From NCBI GenBank assembly GCA_000934665.2, contig JYFJ02000586.1, positions 62,001 through 121,210 of the forward strand: a stretch of DNA of 59,210 nucleotides, read 5' to 3'. The notes below the pieces were generated by a model, which saw only the letters and a program-made list of their open reading frames with translations, searched no databases and was not told the origin of the DNA. This document shows, piece after piece, positions 1-13,100 of this stretch. Source of the stretch: Catajapyx aquilonaris. Taxonomy: Eukaryota. Every line of letters starts with the position of its first letter. Within the stretch, counting starts at the first letter, position 1. The translations under genes were made by a program, and so were the position numbers.

Positions 1-987
1 ATGTAGAGTACCAATAGTTTCCTCCCATTCCTGCTGGCTAGGGATTGAAGGAAGGCTTTCCAGGCAAGCCCCCAATTCAATTTTATTCATCATCGGCAGG
101 TTTGGGAGCTGTGCCCGCGGGAACAATGTCCCCATCACCGTGATCCAAAGGCGGTTTCCTGATGCTCCACTCTTCTTGCAAAAAAAGAGTGGAGATGAAA
201 ATTTCCAGACTAAAAGCAAAGGGAAAACTCCAGTCACAATCCACTCTTTCAATTTCGATGGGGGGGGGGGGGGNGGGGGCGGCGGTTATAAATTGCTTCA
301 ATATGATATGCAGATTTACGGTTCCCTATTTATTGGAGAATACAAGATGGATGATTCGACCAACAGTTTTCATAGGTATAGTATAGTGCTTTCGTGCTCA
401 TGTAATGAACTGGCAACAGCTGCCAAATGTAATGAATTTGCGAGATCGAGTGACTTGACCCCAAGTGTCTTTGCTCAGGAGTTCTCCGCCATTATATGAA
501 CAACTCCTTAGCAAACGCCAAGAGCATGGTTTCCGCCTGCGGCTCGACTCTAACGCAGCTCCTGCAGTAATATCTGACGAGGGAAGGCCTGGCTCCTTAG
601 CAAAGCACCATGAATCCTAATTAATTCGAAAAGCGAGGAGAACCAGCCAAAAGGAGTTGTGGAGCAGATCTATTCGAGAGGCGCCTTTCTCGTTAGTGGG
701 TGGACCTGGGATAGCAAGAGCTGGCTGGGAGGGTTTGGGGGTGGGTCTAATCCTCAGAGCCTTAGACAAACGCATCTCAATTCCTGCACTCACGGGGGGA
801 CATCAAAGGGACATCTGCAGTCAGCTGTGGTGCTCCCAGCATTCTTTCCAATCCGGCCCTCTGTGGCACTCTTCACACTTCGCTCGCTACCAACTTCCAA
901 CAAAAACACAAAAGTTGGCCGAGGCATTTTTGCTGACCAGATCTAATTGGTGGTTCTCTCTGCCTCCACAGCTGGCGACAGGGCGGA

Positions 988-1181
988 ATGGACGGCGAGA
1001 ACAGGATCATCCTGAACGTGGGAGGCATCCGCTTCGAGACCTACAAGGCCACTCTCAAGAAGATCCCAGCCACCCGGTTGTCCCGACTGACAGAAGCCCT
1101 GGCCAACTATGACCCTGTCCTCAACGAGTACTTTTTCGACAGGCATCCTGGGGTGTTTGCCCAAATCCTCAATTATTACAG
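988..1181 (+). CDS. Shawl: Shaw-like exon 1 (first coding exon; N-terminal half of T1/BTB domain)
   Basis: [64 protein letters not shown](R). Preceded by an acceptor ttctctctgcctccacag ending at 971, implying an upstream exon. Phase-2 donor AG|GTCTCT at 1182. Confidence 0.97.
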
Positions 1182-4100
1182 GTCTCTCCACCATCCATGT
1201 AACTATACTATGTGTGTGTTTGCTGCAACCGTGTGGTTCCCGCATGCTATCCAAACGCGCCAAATGTGTACATTAACATGATAATGAAGGAATATCTCCA
1301 AAATGAAAGCAATGAAAATATCCGTTTCTGCCTACTATCTTATCTGCTGCTCGAGCTCAGATTACAAGCGTACACGCCGATAGATGTAATCAAGCGGAGG
1401 AAAATCGATTTCATATGCTCCAGTTCAAATGCAGGGGTGGGTTCGTCATACTTTACTATTAAAGCTAATAAGTAGCTTCACAATAATATATCTAATTGTT
1501 GATTCATTATTATGAAGCTGTTATTAATGTTAATACAGTAGTATATTATAGACATCATTCCAAAAAATTGCGGGGCCAGGAGGGATTGATTTAATTTGTT
1601 TATTATTTTCAGATCTTTTTATTGATGAGGCTGGCGACAAACAGGGTCTCGCGAAGAATTTAATTACGCGGACACAAACTTCAACAAACTGTGGTTGATG
1701 TGGCTTGGCTGTGGGATGAACATGCTAAAAATCTGGAAAATGTGGGGAACAATGTATGCGATGTAAATATGGGTACCGCAAAAGAAAACATTCACCATTG
1801 AAACGTGCCTTAAATACTAGAGTATAGGCTATGATATGATTTTTGAGGAAAAGTAATAGGTAAGATATGCTGTGCACTGTGCACAGCCACCATGCCTCTA
1901 AAATCGCTTTTGTGTTACCATATATTCTTCCAAGACCAGACCGCATCTTTCTAACTGCGCCAATAATGCGTTTGATTTGCATAAGTAACAAAACTATTGC
2001 TCTGCAAGAATATTGGATTCCCCCTACAAATTATAATGCATTCGTAAGAGTTAATACTCTACTTAAGAACAACATAATTACCAATTTAGCTTTGGCGCAG
2101 TAAGTTAAAAGTCACATTCAGTATAGGACTATAGCCCTATAGGCTATAACTATAAGGTCCGAGACCTGAATTAGCCTGCTCATATTTTCTAGTCACTGCA
2201 AAATCCCTACGGCTGCGGTCAAGCCCTTTTGTTCAATACCATTTTTTTGGTGCGATTTAAAAAATATGATTCTCACAGGCACAGGGGCATAGGGGCAAGC
2301 AGTTAACAGTATAAATGAATGTAAATTCTTTGATGAACAGCCATTGTGCGCCCAAGAGCCAGCTGGAGAAGCAATTTGGTCCAAGCGTGCCTGGACAGAA
2401 TGGGTTCATTCCTAGAGTAATGAAGCAGGGAGGACTCGCTGCAACAGAAATGCTACTTGGCTGTAAAGCCGGCTGACACTTCTGCAGCTGAATCTATTCA
2501 CAATCTGCTAAATAAAAAATAACTGTAAAAAGAGCAGGTGAGTAAAGCCGCTTTGTAAACTCCCTCAGACCCAACTAGTCCTGCTCCCCGTAGAACTCCG
2601 AGCAGCGGTTTAGATCGCCAATCCCACCTGAGACCCGTGATTTATTTAGTTTCGGGTTAGATTGCTGCTGTGAAATGAGAAACTCTGCACAACAACTAGT
2701 AAAGTGGATTCTATAAGGAAGATTACCATTCATGTTGGCCCACCTCCCTGCCATATAAGAGAACGCGAGAGAAAAAAAGAGGCAAATTGCAAGAATCCTC
2801 AGCAACTATTTCGGAGTAATTCGTGAGAAACTTTACGAACTGTTTTGTGCTGATTCTAAATGATGTTTGTGAGATTAAAGTGTAAGAAGGGCGGACGCAA
2901 TTGATCGAACGCTATCAGACAAATTTCCCCTGGGATTGCTCTTTCCTTACGATCAAAGACGCACCCTGGTTGTACAGGCGCCAAATTAATTTCACCACAC
3001 TCGGCAATATATATGTCACAGTCTGCACAGTAGTAATGAAACTGAAATTGCCTTCTGTGTTCAATTACAGTCCGAAGGTTGCTTATGCAATTCTAACGAT
3101 AATACGTCCCAGTATATATAAAAGGTTTGTAACCCTGTCTGCTGCGGTATGCAATAGAGAAACCCGACTTTCAGATTTATGGGTACCATTGCTGGTATTA
3201 GGTTTCACCTCTGATAATTAGAGGTAACTTAATGTTTTTCAGTCTTAAAAAGTTGTTAGCTTGTCAGATTAAGGAGCCTATGCATTGAATAGATACCAGG
3301 CCTTACCAATTAGGCCCACGACAATGACAAGACAAGGCAAAGAAACATTTCCTCACAACTATACAGAGTGAAACAATATATTTTCATTGTAGCACAGCAA
3401 ACACTCACAAATCCGGCTTCACATTATTCGTCACGTAGCAGGGCCTCATATTACTAACTTGCAAGAAAGGACACTAGGATTTCGCATTCAGGCTTACAAA
3501 ATAAGGCGTCAAAACGTGGGCACCAGCACCGTAACGAGAAGGGTGAAAGTTAGGAAGCGAAAGGTAAATAATTAATTGGCTTAATAAAGCGGCGCTGGCA
3601 AATGAGTTTCCAACGCTGCCGACGGGCTCTTCCTTCGCTCAAGACTTTACATCGCAGGTCCGGAGATATCGCTGGCAGGGTTTGAAAACTCCTTTCATTT
3701 TAGGTCCAACTTTCTTGAAGATAAAAAAAATGGGGAAAGGAGTCAAACTGAATGGACTTCTTTGCTCTACCCGAAGCTTTGCTCATCGTCAGAGCACACA
3801 AAGCCAAATGGCGATTCACACAGCATGAAATCCCACACTCTTTTCTCTCTCTAACTGGCCGCCTGGTGACTGCCTATACTGGCACATCCCTTCAAATCAG
3901 GCTCAGACTCGGTTCCAAACTACCTAGCTTCCGGAGATCTGAAAGAAAAGGGAGGCCTCCAGTTCGCAGCCAGCACCTGGGTTCATTGCTTCCGCGCCCT
4001 TTAGAGCAGGCTGTCATAAGTGCAAAATCTGAGCTCACTAACACCAGGGATATCGCAGAACTTTCATCTGAATTTGAGTGTAAGCTGACAGCCTCGTGCA

Positions 4101-7100
4101 GTCAAACCAAAAGCGACTCCCATTCTGGAAAAAAAAAATTGTTCTCAAAATTGTCATAAACAACTTTCCATATTTTAGGTGCTAGAAAAAAGATCACTAT
4201 CGAAAAACCATTACAGTTATATGGCACAAACCATTTTAAAGTTCAGTCCATGTTACTGTGCAAAGATGGCCCTTCCAACACACGTATAAAGTTCCTGGCG
4301 CGAAATGAATACGCTCAAAGCACTTGTCTAGCTGATAAAAAGGCGCTTAATTATGGTAGAAAGCTCATCTGTAATTAGAATTAAGGCGTCCTTGATGGTA
4401 ACAAAAAGGATGCGGATAATAAAGCGTTAATTAGCGGGATGTTTGCTCGTGTTTGAGAGACTGCAGCAATATCTACTTGCAATCAGAAAGTCATTCCCGC
4501 GACAGTAAAACCCGAGGAAGGAGACCGATTATAGGATGGAGGTTCGGCACGTAAGAAAAAAGGTCATTACTTTTCTTTACTTCTATTGTTTCCCTTCTTT
4601 CTCTGCCTCAGAGAAGCCTGTACAAATTGCAGGCTTCGTAATAGCTTCCATAAACCCGGAGCTATTTGTTTTCTGACCGACATCAAAGACCCGAAGAAAA
4701 CCGTGTTGATTGACTTTCTTGCTAATTTACTTGCACTGCACATGTCACGCACACACTAAACTAGACGTTTTTATCTTTACGAGTTACCACGAAAAAAAAA
4801 GTGCGATTGAAGAGTGAAAAACATATAAAAGTAGATTTTGTGCAACACCGGATATGCGTAACTAAATTCACGCCACCGTGCAAAAGCACCGGAAATCACT
4901 AATGATCCCGCATGATAATGCAATTACGGCACTTTATAAAGAGTTGTCCTATATTCTGTTTGAACTGTACTGTGTGCCCGAATATTAGTTCACCTGCCTA
5001 TTTGTGTATCGGATTACAGCGCGACGTAATAATAGAAAATAAATATAACGCGCCCGTAAAACCCAACTGATAAATCAAAACCAAAGCGGTGGAAACTGGT
5101 CTCGATTAACTAATACAACCATCAGTCAAAATACCGTTACTATGAAGTTCCAAATGTTTTATGAATTCATCAGTGACACACACCATCAGAGAAAGCCACA
5201 GGAGCAAATCCGTTTTATATAGAGTGCAGTTACTGAGGAAGTTGCCTAAGAACGTCCAGTTTTAAATATACAGTTCAAGCTGTATTTACACTATTCGAAT
5301 GTTACAAGAGATCCTTTCACACCTCTGTGTGCTTACTTACGAACGGAGCGGCGATGTACACGAAAACGAATCATCGGTTCTTTTTCCCTCTTGTCACTTA
5401 TCCTTCGCCACTTGCACCCAGCTGAAGACATGCAATTTATTTCTTCTGAAATTAAATAAATGAGGACTCACGTTAGGGTGAAAACCTTTACGTTCTACTT
5501 TTGGGGAGTAGTCTGCGCCTACAGGTCATACTCCTGGTTGTACAAGGGTGCGGTTGCATACAAACCAAGATTATAATAGGTATGCAACCGCACGCTTGTA
5601 CAACCGGGAGTATAACCTGCAGGCGCAGACGAATTCGTCTGGAATCCAGACGAATTCGTCTGCGCCTGCAGGTTATACTCCCACTGCAGTGGCATGTTCA
5701 ATGTACGATACTGTACAGTGTATCGTACTATTATTCCACACTCGTAACGTTCGGTACCATCCATGAAATAATTCAGCTTCACGAATAATTTAGTTAGCAA
5801 ATCGAGTGTCGTTTTGTGCTGACTCCCTACGGTCGGTGCAAAAGCGAGCCTTGTTATGTGGTGTCGTAACATGCACTCTGCAACAGGAGTCCAATTAATT
5901 TAATGGGACCCGTTTCCCCCCCTGCATTTTTCCCTTGGGCCAACGTATAGGACAGGGAAGCTTCACTACCCGACCAACGTGTGTGGACCTCTGTTCGAAG
6001 AAGAGCTCGAGTTTTGGGGCCTGGATGCCAACCAGGTGGAGCCTTGCTGCTGGATGACCTACACCGTCCACAGGGACACGCAAGTGAGTCTGCGCAGATT
6101 TTTGTCCTTTACCATGGTGGCGCCAGCAGGGCGCCACCAACTTGCTAAGTTTCATCTCGCATTTTACTGCTTGCACTCTCTTTATGCCCTTAATGCTTCA
6201 AGCTCTGCTACCTCCTACTTTTATTACCGCCACGCAATTAGTGATTTTTGTTGCCCTTCGCCTCCGGTGACTGCCATTCGGATCATTCAAGGCCCACCCT
6301 AAACCTGATATATTGCCCATTCTGTTCCGGGCGGTTTCGAGTGTTGATTTTTTTTTTTGCATTTTTCACGTACGGTTTGCGCGGGTGGCGACAATATCAG
6401 AAGCACACATTTCAACGGGCAAGTACTTGCACAAGTCTCAGGGCTAGTAATGACGCGTCTGGCTGTGCTTGACTTGGCACGATTATTGAGACCTTTTGAA
6501 TCCGCCCCAGCAGCTGAAGCTGTAGAGGAAAGTTCAACCGCATTTATCTTCCTGGCAAACTCTAGCAAAAGTGTAGCCATAAGGAAAAGTACTCTTTGAG
6601 GCAACCGGAGGGATGTGCTGCCAAAAAGGGAGTGATTAATCATCGCGAAACGTGCTGCTGCTAATCATCCTCCTGCTTAGATATGCCTAGCGAAACACTA
6701 CAATAATTCAGTCATGCATCTTGGGACACAGCATATATTTCGACGTGAACCAAGTTTTTATACTTCCTCCACTTGTTGGCTGCGTCTTGGTGAATTGGCT
6801 TCATCTCGGGCGTGAATCTCACGGTGCATAAGAACTCGGTCCAGGCCATATACCACCGAGATTCCTGGCCTGGCATCCAACCTAGTTTGCATTCATCGAG
6901 GACATCCATCTGGGTTTTTTTTACTGTTCCCTTGGCTTATTAGTGAGCGTCCGTCCAGAAGCAAGTGGGCTGGCGAAAGAGGAGCAAGCGAAATAATTGG
7001 GGGTGAAATGGACAGGAATGGATGCGATTTATAGTGCGAAGCAAAAGGACGGCTCTGCTCTTCCCCGGGGATTTGTTATCGCTCCCGCCTTGATGGAATT

Positions 7101-10100
7101 GCAGAACAGTAGGCAATCCCACATTGTCTGGCGTCCTGGGGGGCCCTCATATCGCTCATCACGGCTTGTTGCTTATTGAGACCATTGTTTGAGCTATTGA
7201 TTTCACCAGTGCCTCTACCCCCTCTGAACTGGCTTGCAACTTGGCTGTTACACAAACGCCTTGCTAGATATTTTATCAGAGAGCATGTTTAACATTTGCA
7301 CACTGACACGCCCTGACCGCCCTAATGAACCTGAATTATTGATGGGGTGGAACCAGAAGCATGCTCATATTTTATTCAAAAATTATTTATTTATTAACGG
7401 TTGGGTACATGGTAAGGCACAAAAAAGGAGAGTGGCAAAAACATACTTCAAGGAATGGAAGGTGCAGAAACCCATTATTTTTCGGCTCAGTAATATTTGT
7501 TACACTGATTTGCATGTTCTAGTTGGGAATATGAAAATCACTGCAATTCCCAAGTCAGTCGTTGAGAAGATAAGATTTGTGAAATACTACTGTGGTTGTT
7601 ACCAGGCCAGGATGGGCAATCCGTAAATTGCACAAATAAGAAGCCTCGACGGATTTTCTTTGAGCACAAACTACTTCCTCTTTTGTTACTGTACAAGTGC
7701 AGCAGAGGCAAAAATCAGGATTTATTTGATATGACATTTGACCCTTATCCGTTTGTCTGTACAGTACAAACACTATTTCTCCACTACCCCACCTACGTAT
7801 TTGATCCTTTCATATCTCATTTTAGTAGTAGTGGAGGAGCAATAACAAGGCAAAAGTTATTAGGCTCCACTGCACTGTTCATTTGAGGTATGGCATATCC
7901 CTGGGGAATTGTTTATCCGCAGAGTTATTATTGCATTTTAATGCGTTATATTCTAGGAAGTCTGTTTCACCAGTCTGGGACTACAGTATACGTACTGGGC
8001 TTATAATGTATGGATGCAAGCTCACCTAAAACATACATCTGCACAAAAGCAAACCACAAGTTTACATTTTACATCCCAAACCATTGGAAAAATTAAATAT
8101 CAAAACTTTAGGCTGGCATAAATTTAAATAAACTTAAGCTAAAAATAGCACTTGATTATGCTCAACCGCTCCAATGCACAAAGTTATCAGAACCATGTAA
8201 CTCATGTGCAGAGAATTCGTCAGCCAAGCACATTTTGGCTTTTCAGGCAACTCTGGCCATCCTGGACAAGCTTGACATCGACTCGGAGAAGCCGACAGAA
8301 GAGGAGATCGCTAGAAAGTTTGGCTACGAGGAGGACTACCTGGAAGGGCGCCTGTCCTGCTGGCAGAGGCTCAAACCCAAGATCTGGTCTTTGTTCGACG
8401 AGCCACACTCTTGTCATGCGGCCAAGGTGGGCAAACGCCATTTTTTTCTGTATTCAAAAAAAATATTGTAGCCAGGCCACCCTGGCTACTACTGCCCGTG
8501 CTGTAGAGCATTATTAATCCCTGACGTCATGTATGCGGCAGGCACGTCCATACAGCCAGAGGGAATACATGCAGCACAAGTTTGATATGTTTGCAGCTGC
8601 CCCTGCAACGTACTGCAGCAGCATGCTCTCGTCACTTATTTGGGTTTAATTTCAGCTGGGGATGGAAAATGGGATATTGTGGGAGGTACAAGTTTGCACC
8701 TTATTTAAATTATTTTCATGCTGCAGAGCTGGTATCGATTTGTAGGAGAAGCTTCCGGCTTTGCTCCCAACCTACGAAACATACGCTGGCATATTGATTT
8801 ACTTTAATTAATTCACTAATGATTTTAAAAAAAATGGGTGGTATTCCACGTTTGAAACCAAATATACAACACAAATGGGCAAAATGGTTATACATCATGC
8901 AATTTTATGTGATGCCTCGCATTTTGCAAAGCAAAGTCGCGGGAATCAATTTTTCGCCGCCAATAAACATCTCCATTCCTCAAGAAAATTCCCCCATCAT
9001 CGGGAGGAGAGCGACGCGACGCATTCTCGCAAAATATGAAGCTTGATTAATGCATCTGTCTATGGCTGGGAGGGAAAGGCGGGCCTGGGAAGGAAATTTT
9101 TTTGAGCTAATGAGGCGGTTTAGTAGGCAGATGATGGATGCGTCAGTGTCAGGAAAGATTAGACAAAATGACAAGAGTAAAGAGGCGGGTTGAGCTTATC
9201 AGCTGCACGTTGCCAAGATGACGGTATGGCCCATTTCCTGTCGTCGTCGTCGTACGACGGTGAGTTCGAGAAGGACGGATAAGCTTGCCTATCTTGAGAA
9301 CTACGCCAGCGATCTTATCCGGTGCTTCCTATTGCTTGAGACCCGTTTTCAAATGCCAATAGGAAGACCCTACCCGAGCCATTTTTAGGTCGATGTCAAC
9401 TTTCGGAACGATGAATTCGTATTTTGCTATATGCATTGTGACATCTCGATTCATCGCAGAATAACTGCGACTCCAATTTCTCGCAATATTAGGGATGTCA
9501 CATATTTACGCATGTACATAAATATGCGCCAGACTTGTATACACACATGACTGTGAGATCCCTCATATTATCATTGATCAACACGAATGTATTCACAGTA
9601 TGGCCCATTTTTAACTTAAGTATGAAATGAATAGTGAACGAGTGTCAGCTAGAGTACCTACTTGGGTGATCGGACGGGAAGCTAAAAAGCAATTGAACGT
9701 TTTAGATACCCTATACGTTGAAAGCATGGAAATGTGACTTACATTTGGAAATCTTTTCTTGCTTTTACTCGCGTATAGATATAGATATATTATACATTAT
9801 ATAAATACTGCACATACTTATCTGAGTTTTGTGGAATAGGTTGTTGGAATCATATTTCTGGCCGACATTCATAGAATAAAATCCAGTCACTTCTTTATCG
9901 TCTAATAGGCGAAGTTTAAGTTTTAAACTCGAAGGATATATTTCTAGAAAGTTTGACGTGAATTCAAATCTGCTCTTGTAATCAATTTAGTTTCGGAGGG
10001 TATGGGCTTGCACTGCAATTTAGGAAAATATGCCAAATTTCATATATAGATTATTGTAAAATTACCTGAACATTGGAAATTAGCAAAGTTTGTCAATAAG

Positions 10101-13100
10101 AGATAGATGCATCTTTGTAATAACACACGTATATTAACCCCAAAATTCAAGAATCGACGAGAAGTTTACAATGTACTGTACATGAAACCTCTTTAAAATG
10201 ACAGGGGAGTGTGCACGTAATCTAGAAAAGGGGTGCTCTCAGTAATATTATTCACCTAGAGTTGATTTAATTAAACAATAACAAAATTATTAAATTGCTT
10301 TGAAATTCAAAATGTAAAAATGTAAAAGAAAAAATTATTTATGATTAATGACGTTGGTTATGAAGATGACATTGTGCAGGTTCCGCCATCCATCGCGTAG
10401 ATATTTGATTTGATTTACTGCAATTTAACATTAAAAATGCAATGAGCACACACATGATAAAGAAATGAAACTTTTCAAGCATTAATTGCTGCTTGTTAAT
10501 TCCATTAAACAACATTTAAGAGGGAGACGGCTAAGGATAATCGTTATACTGATGGTTTTTTGTGTAAATAACTGGTAATTCTGATAATTTTACAACTTAG
10601 TCATCAACCCCAAAAAGAATTTTTGAGTCATTTCAATCATCTTCTATTCAGAGTGACCTTCTCCACACAAAAACAGACATTTAATTTCAATACTTAAAAT
10701 ACAGAATAGAGTTACTCAGTAAGAATGATTTCGAGATAGGCTTTTTTGAAGAGGAACATGCTTCATCGCATATTTGATCGGCCAATATTTTAAGAGAGTG
10801 TACAAAAGGTCGAGGAACGTCGATGATAAGCAAGGAAAGAGAGTGCTTTTCTCCTATATATACGGACTGCAGCTGTCAATTAAAGTAGCTCTAACTTTGC
10901 ATTAAATCCGATCTTGAAACCTCCCTCTTATATTAAGTTTGGCTCCAGAGTGCTCCTGCTGCTTGTAGTGATCAGTCACTGGGATTTTTGAAAGTTCGCT
11001 TTTACCCTTAGCTGGCAAAGAAAACTTATCGAAATATCTCAGATGACAAAAGTGAAAGGATGTTGTCACTAAATTTTATCGCCCTCAGCATGAGACATTA
11101 TGAAACAGCGTGCAAATACTATACTTTTTCTGTTATATGACGTTCATTACGTCACAATCGCAGGCACATTAATCAAAAGACTAATGGGGCATTTTATTAA
11201 AATGTAACGAGCAATGCCAACCTTACAAATATTTCAGTTATGTCTTTGGGAACACTTTGCTACATATGTTATTAGTGATAGCGCAGAGTATAACTGTCAT
11301 GTATTCTTAAGCATAATGCGAAGAAGGATTGTCGCATCGCACAAAACATAGTTTTCCAAACGACAACAGTCGACATGAAAGCTAATTATTGCTGCATGGA
11401 AAATTGCCGATAAAAAGTGTGGAGTTCCATAATGTTGAAATGGCTGGAAGTGGATCTGATAGTGCAGATGCTCGATCGGGTTCTGAATCTATCTATGTGA
11501 TTGATTAGATCGTCTAATTCACACCTGTTGCTGTGTTATCGATGCAACTCGTCAGCAGCTAATACAAACACGGTAGATATTTCTCTGGAACCAACTGCAA
11601 GTTGTAATTTTGTTAAATTTTAAATTTAAATTTTTATTGTAAAATTTTGTAATTCAATACTTTGGCCCTAACCAGTAAGATAGAAATATTTCCTGCGCGC
11701 AAATTGATGTGGGCCTTGCCAGTGTGACATAATGTTGGTCTTGTTCATTGTATGTGAGTCTTTGACTGTCTTCTACCACGCCACTAATTGGAAAGTCCTT
11801 CAGACTAACAAGATGCATACGCTATGTCACTAGAAGTTAGCCCTGCTGTTCTGCCACCTTTTAGCTCACTTAAGCCCTGCACAAGAAAAAGTCATGGGTT
11901 TCAAGATCTAGTGAAGAACTGCAATAATCTGCCGGAAACATTACAATTACTTTGCTATACATTCATTTAAATCGGGGGGAAATGGTTAGAATAAGTAATC
12001 AGCCAATGTACACACCAGTTCTGTTAATGAACTTCGATCCACTTCAAAATGTTTTCAAGAATGAGTTACACGAAAGGGGTGGGGAGCTGTTATACTCTTT
12101 TAGTGATTTAACACTCAGGGAAACAAGCAAGGTGAACATGCAGATTTCTTGACAAGTAGTCGAAGCTCACCAAATGTTGTACATCCATGCTTTCATATGA
12201 AATATGATTTTAGTTTTTTACCAAATAATATGAAGTGTTATTTCGTTTTGCTCTCTCCATAAGCCGGCCTGGGCTGGGCCTGGGACTGACTTATTAATAC
12301 ATGCTGCACCTAGGGGTATACACTGCTGCGTACATACCAAGAAATTATACCTATAATTAGTTAATTATAGTAACTTACAGTGTATAAATAATATCACCCT
12401 TACAACCTTTCAGACTCGAATGCGATATGTCCAGTAGGTTCATTTTCGGTAATGAGAATATAACCTAAGGGGTAACTGCTTAAAAACCTCTCTCCTATAT
12501 ATAATCATTTCCGATTTAATTATACGGTCTTTCCCATTACAAAATTTTCAGTTCTTTTCTATATTTCAAGTAACAATGTGACAGCATCACATGTTAACTT
12601 TTCCTCGTGGAGCGAGTGTAATAACTGGAACCATTCTAGTACTTTCTTTCCTTCTTTTATTCACCAGGTGCATTTATAAAAAGGTTGACATTGTGACCTC
12701 TAATTCCTCAGACGCATTCCTAGCATTTCAATGTAATTCTTTTGCCAATGGATGTTGGCATCGCTATCTTCCAAAATTTATTTTCGTGCTAGACATCCTT
12801 GGTGTCCACAAAAATAAAACCTTACTAAACTCCTCAAAATGTGGACATGTGCAAATATTGCAAAGGGGGACCTTGAAGCATAATTAAGTCACATGCATGA
12901 CAAACTGCTCCGAGCAATGACGAGTATGTTGCAGCTCTAGACCGAATTCTACTCTCATGTGGGACTTTGACCACATGTCAAATTTGACAGAAAATCACTT
13001 CGTCCTCCCTTATCTATCAGACAATTTCCGCTTCCAGAGTGCACAGAAACGTTAACATGAGCCTTTCAAGCCGGCTCCTATCTCCTTCACAGATTATTCC

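Noticed and set aside
260..280. Poly-G tract with N (also 41915-41936) as a G-quadruplex element
   Set aside because: Ambiguous base inside a homopolymer indicates uncertain assembly; length unreliable.
5501..5872. ORFs on both strands sharing [12 protein letters not shown]
   Set aside because: Direct consequence of the palindrome, not evidence of a gene pair.
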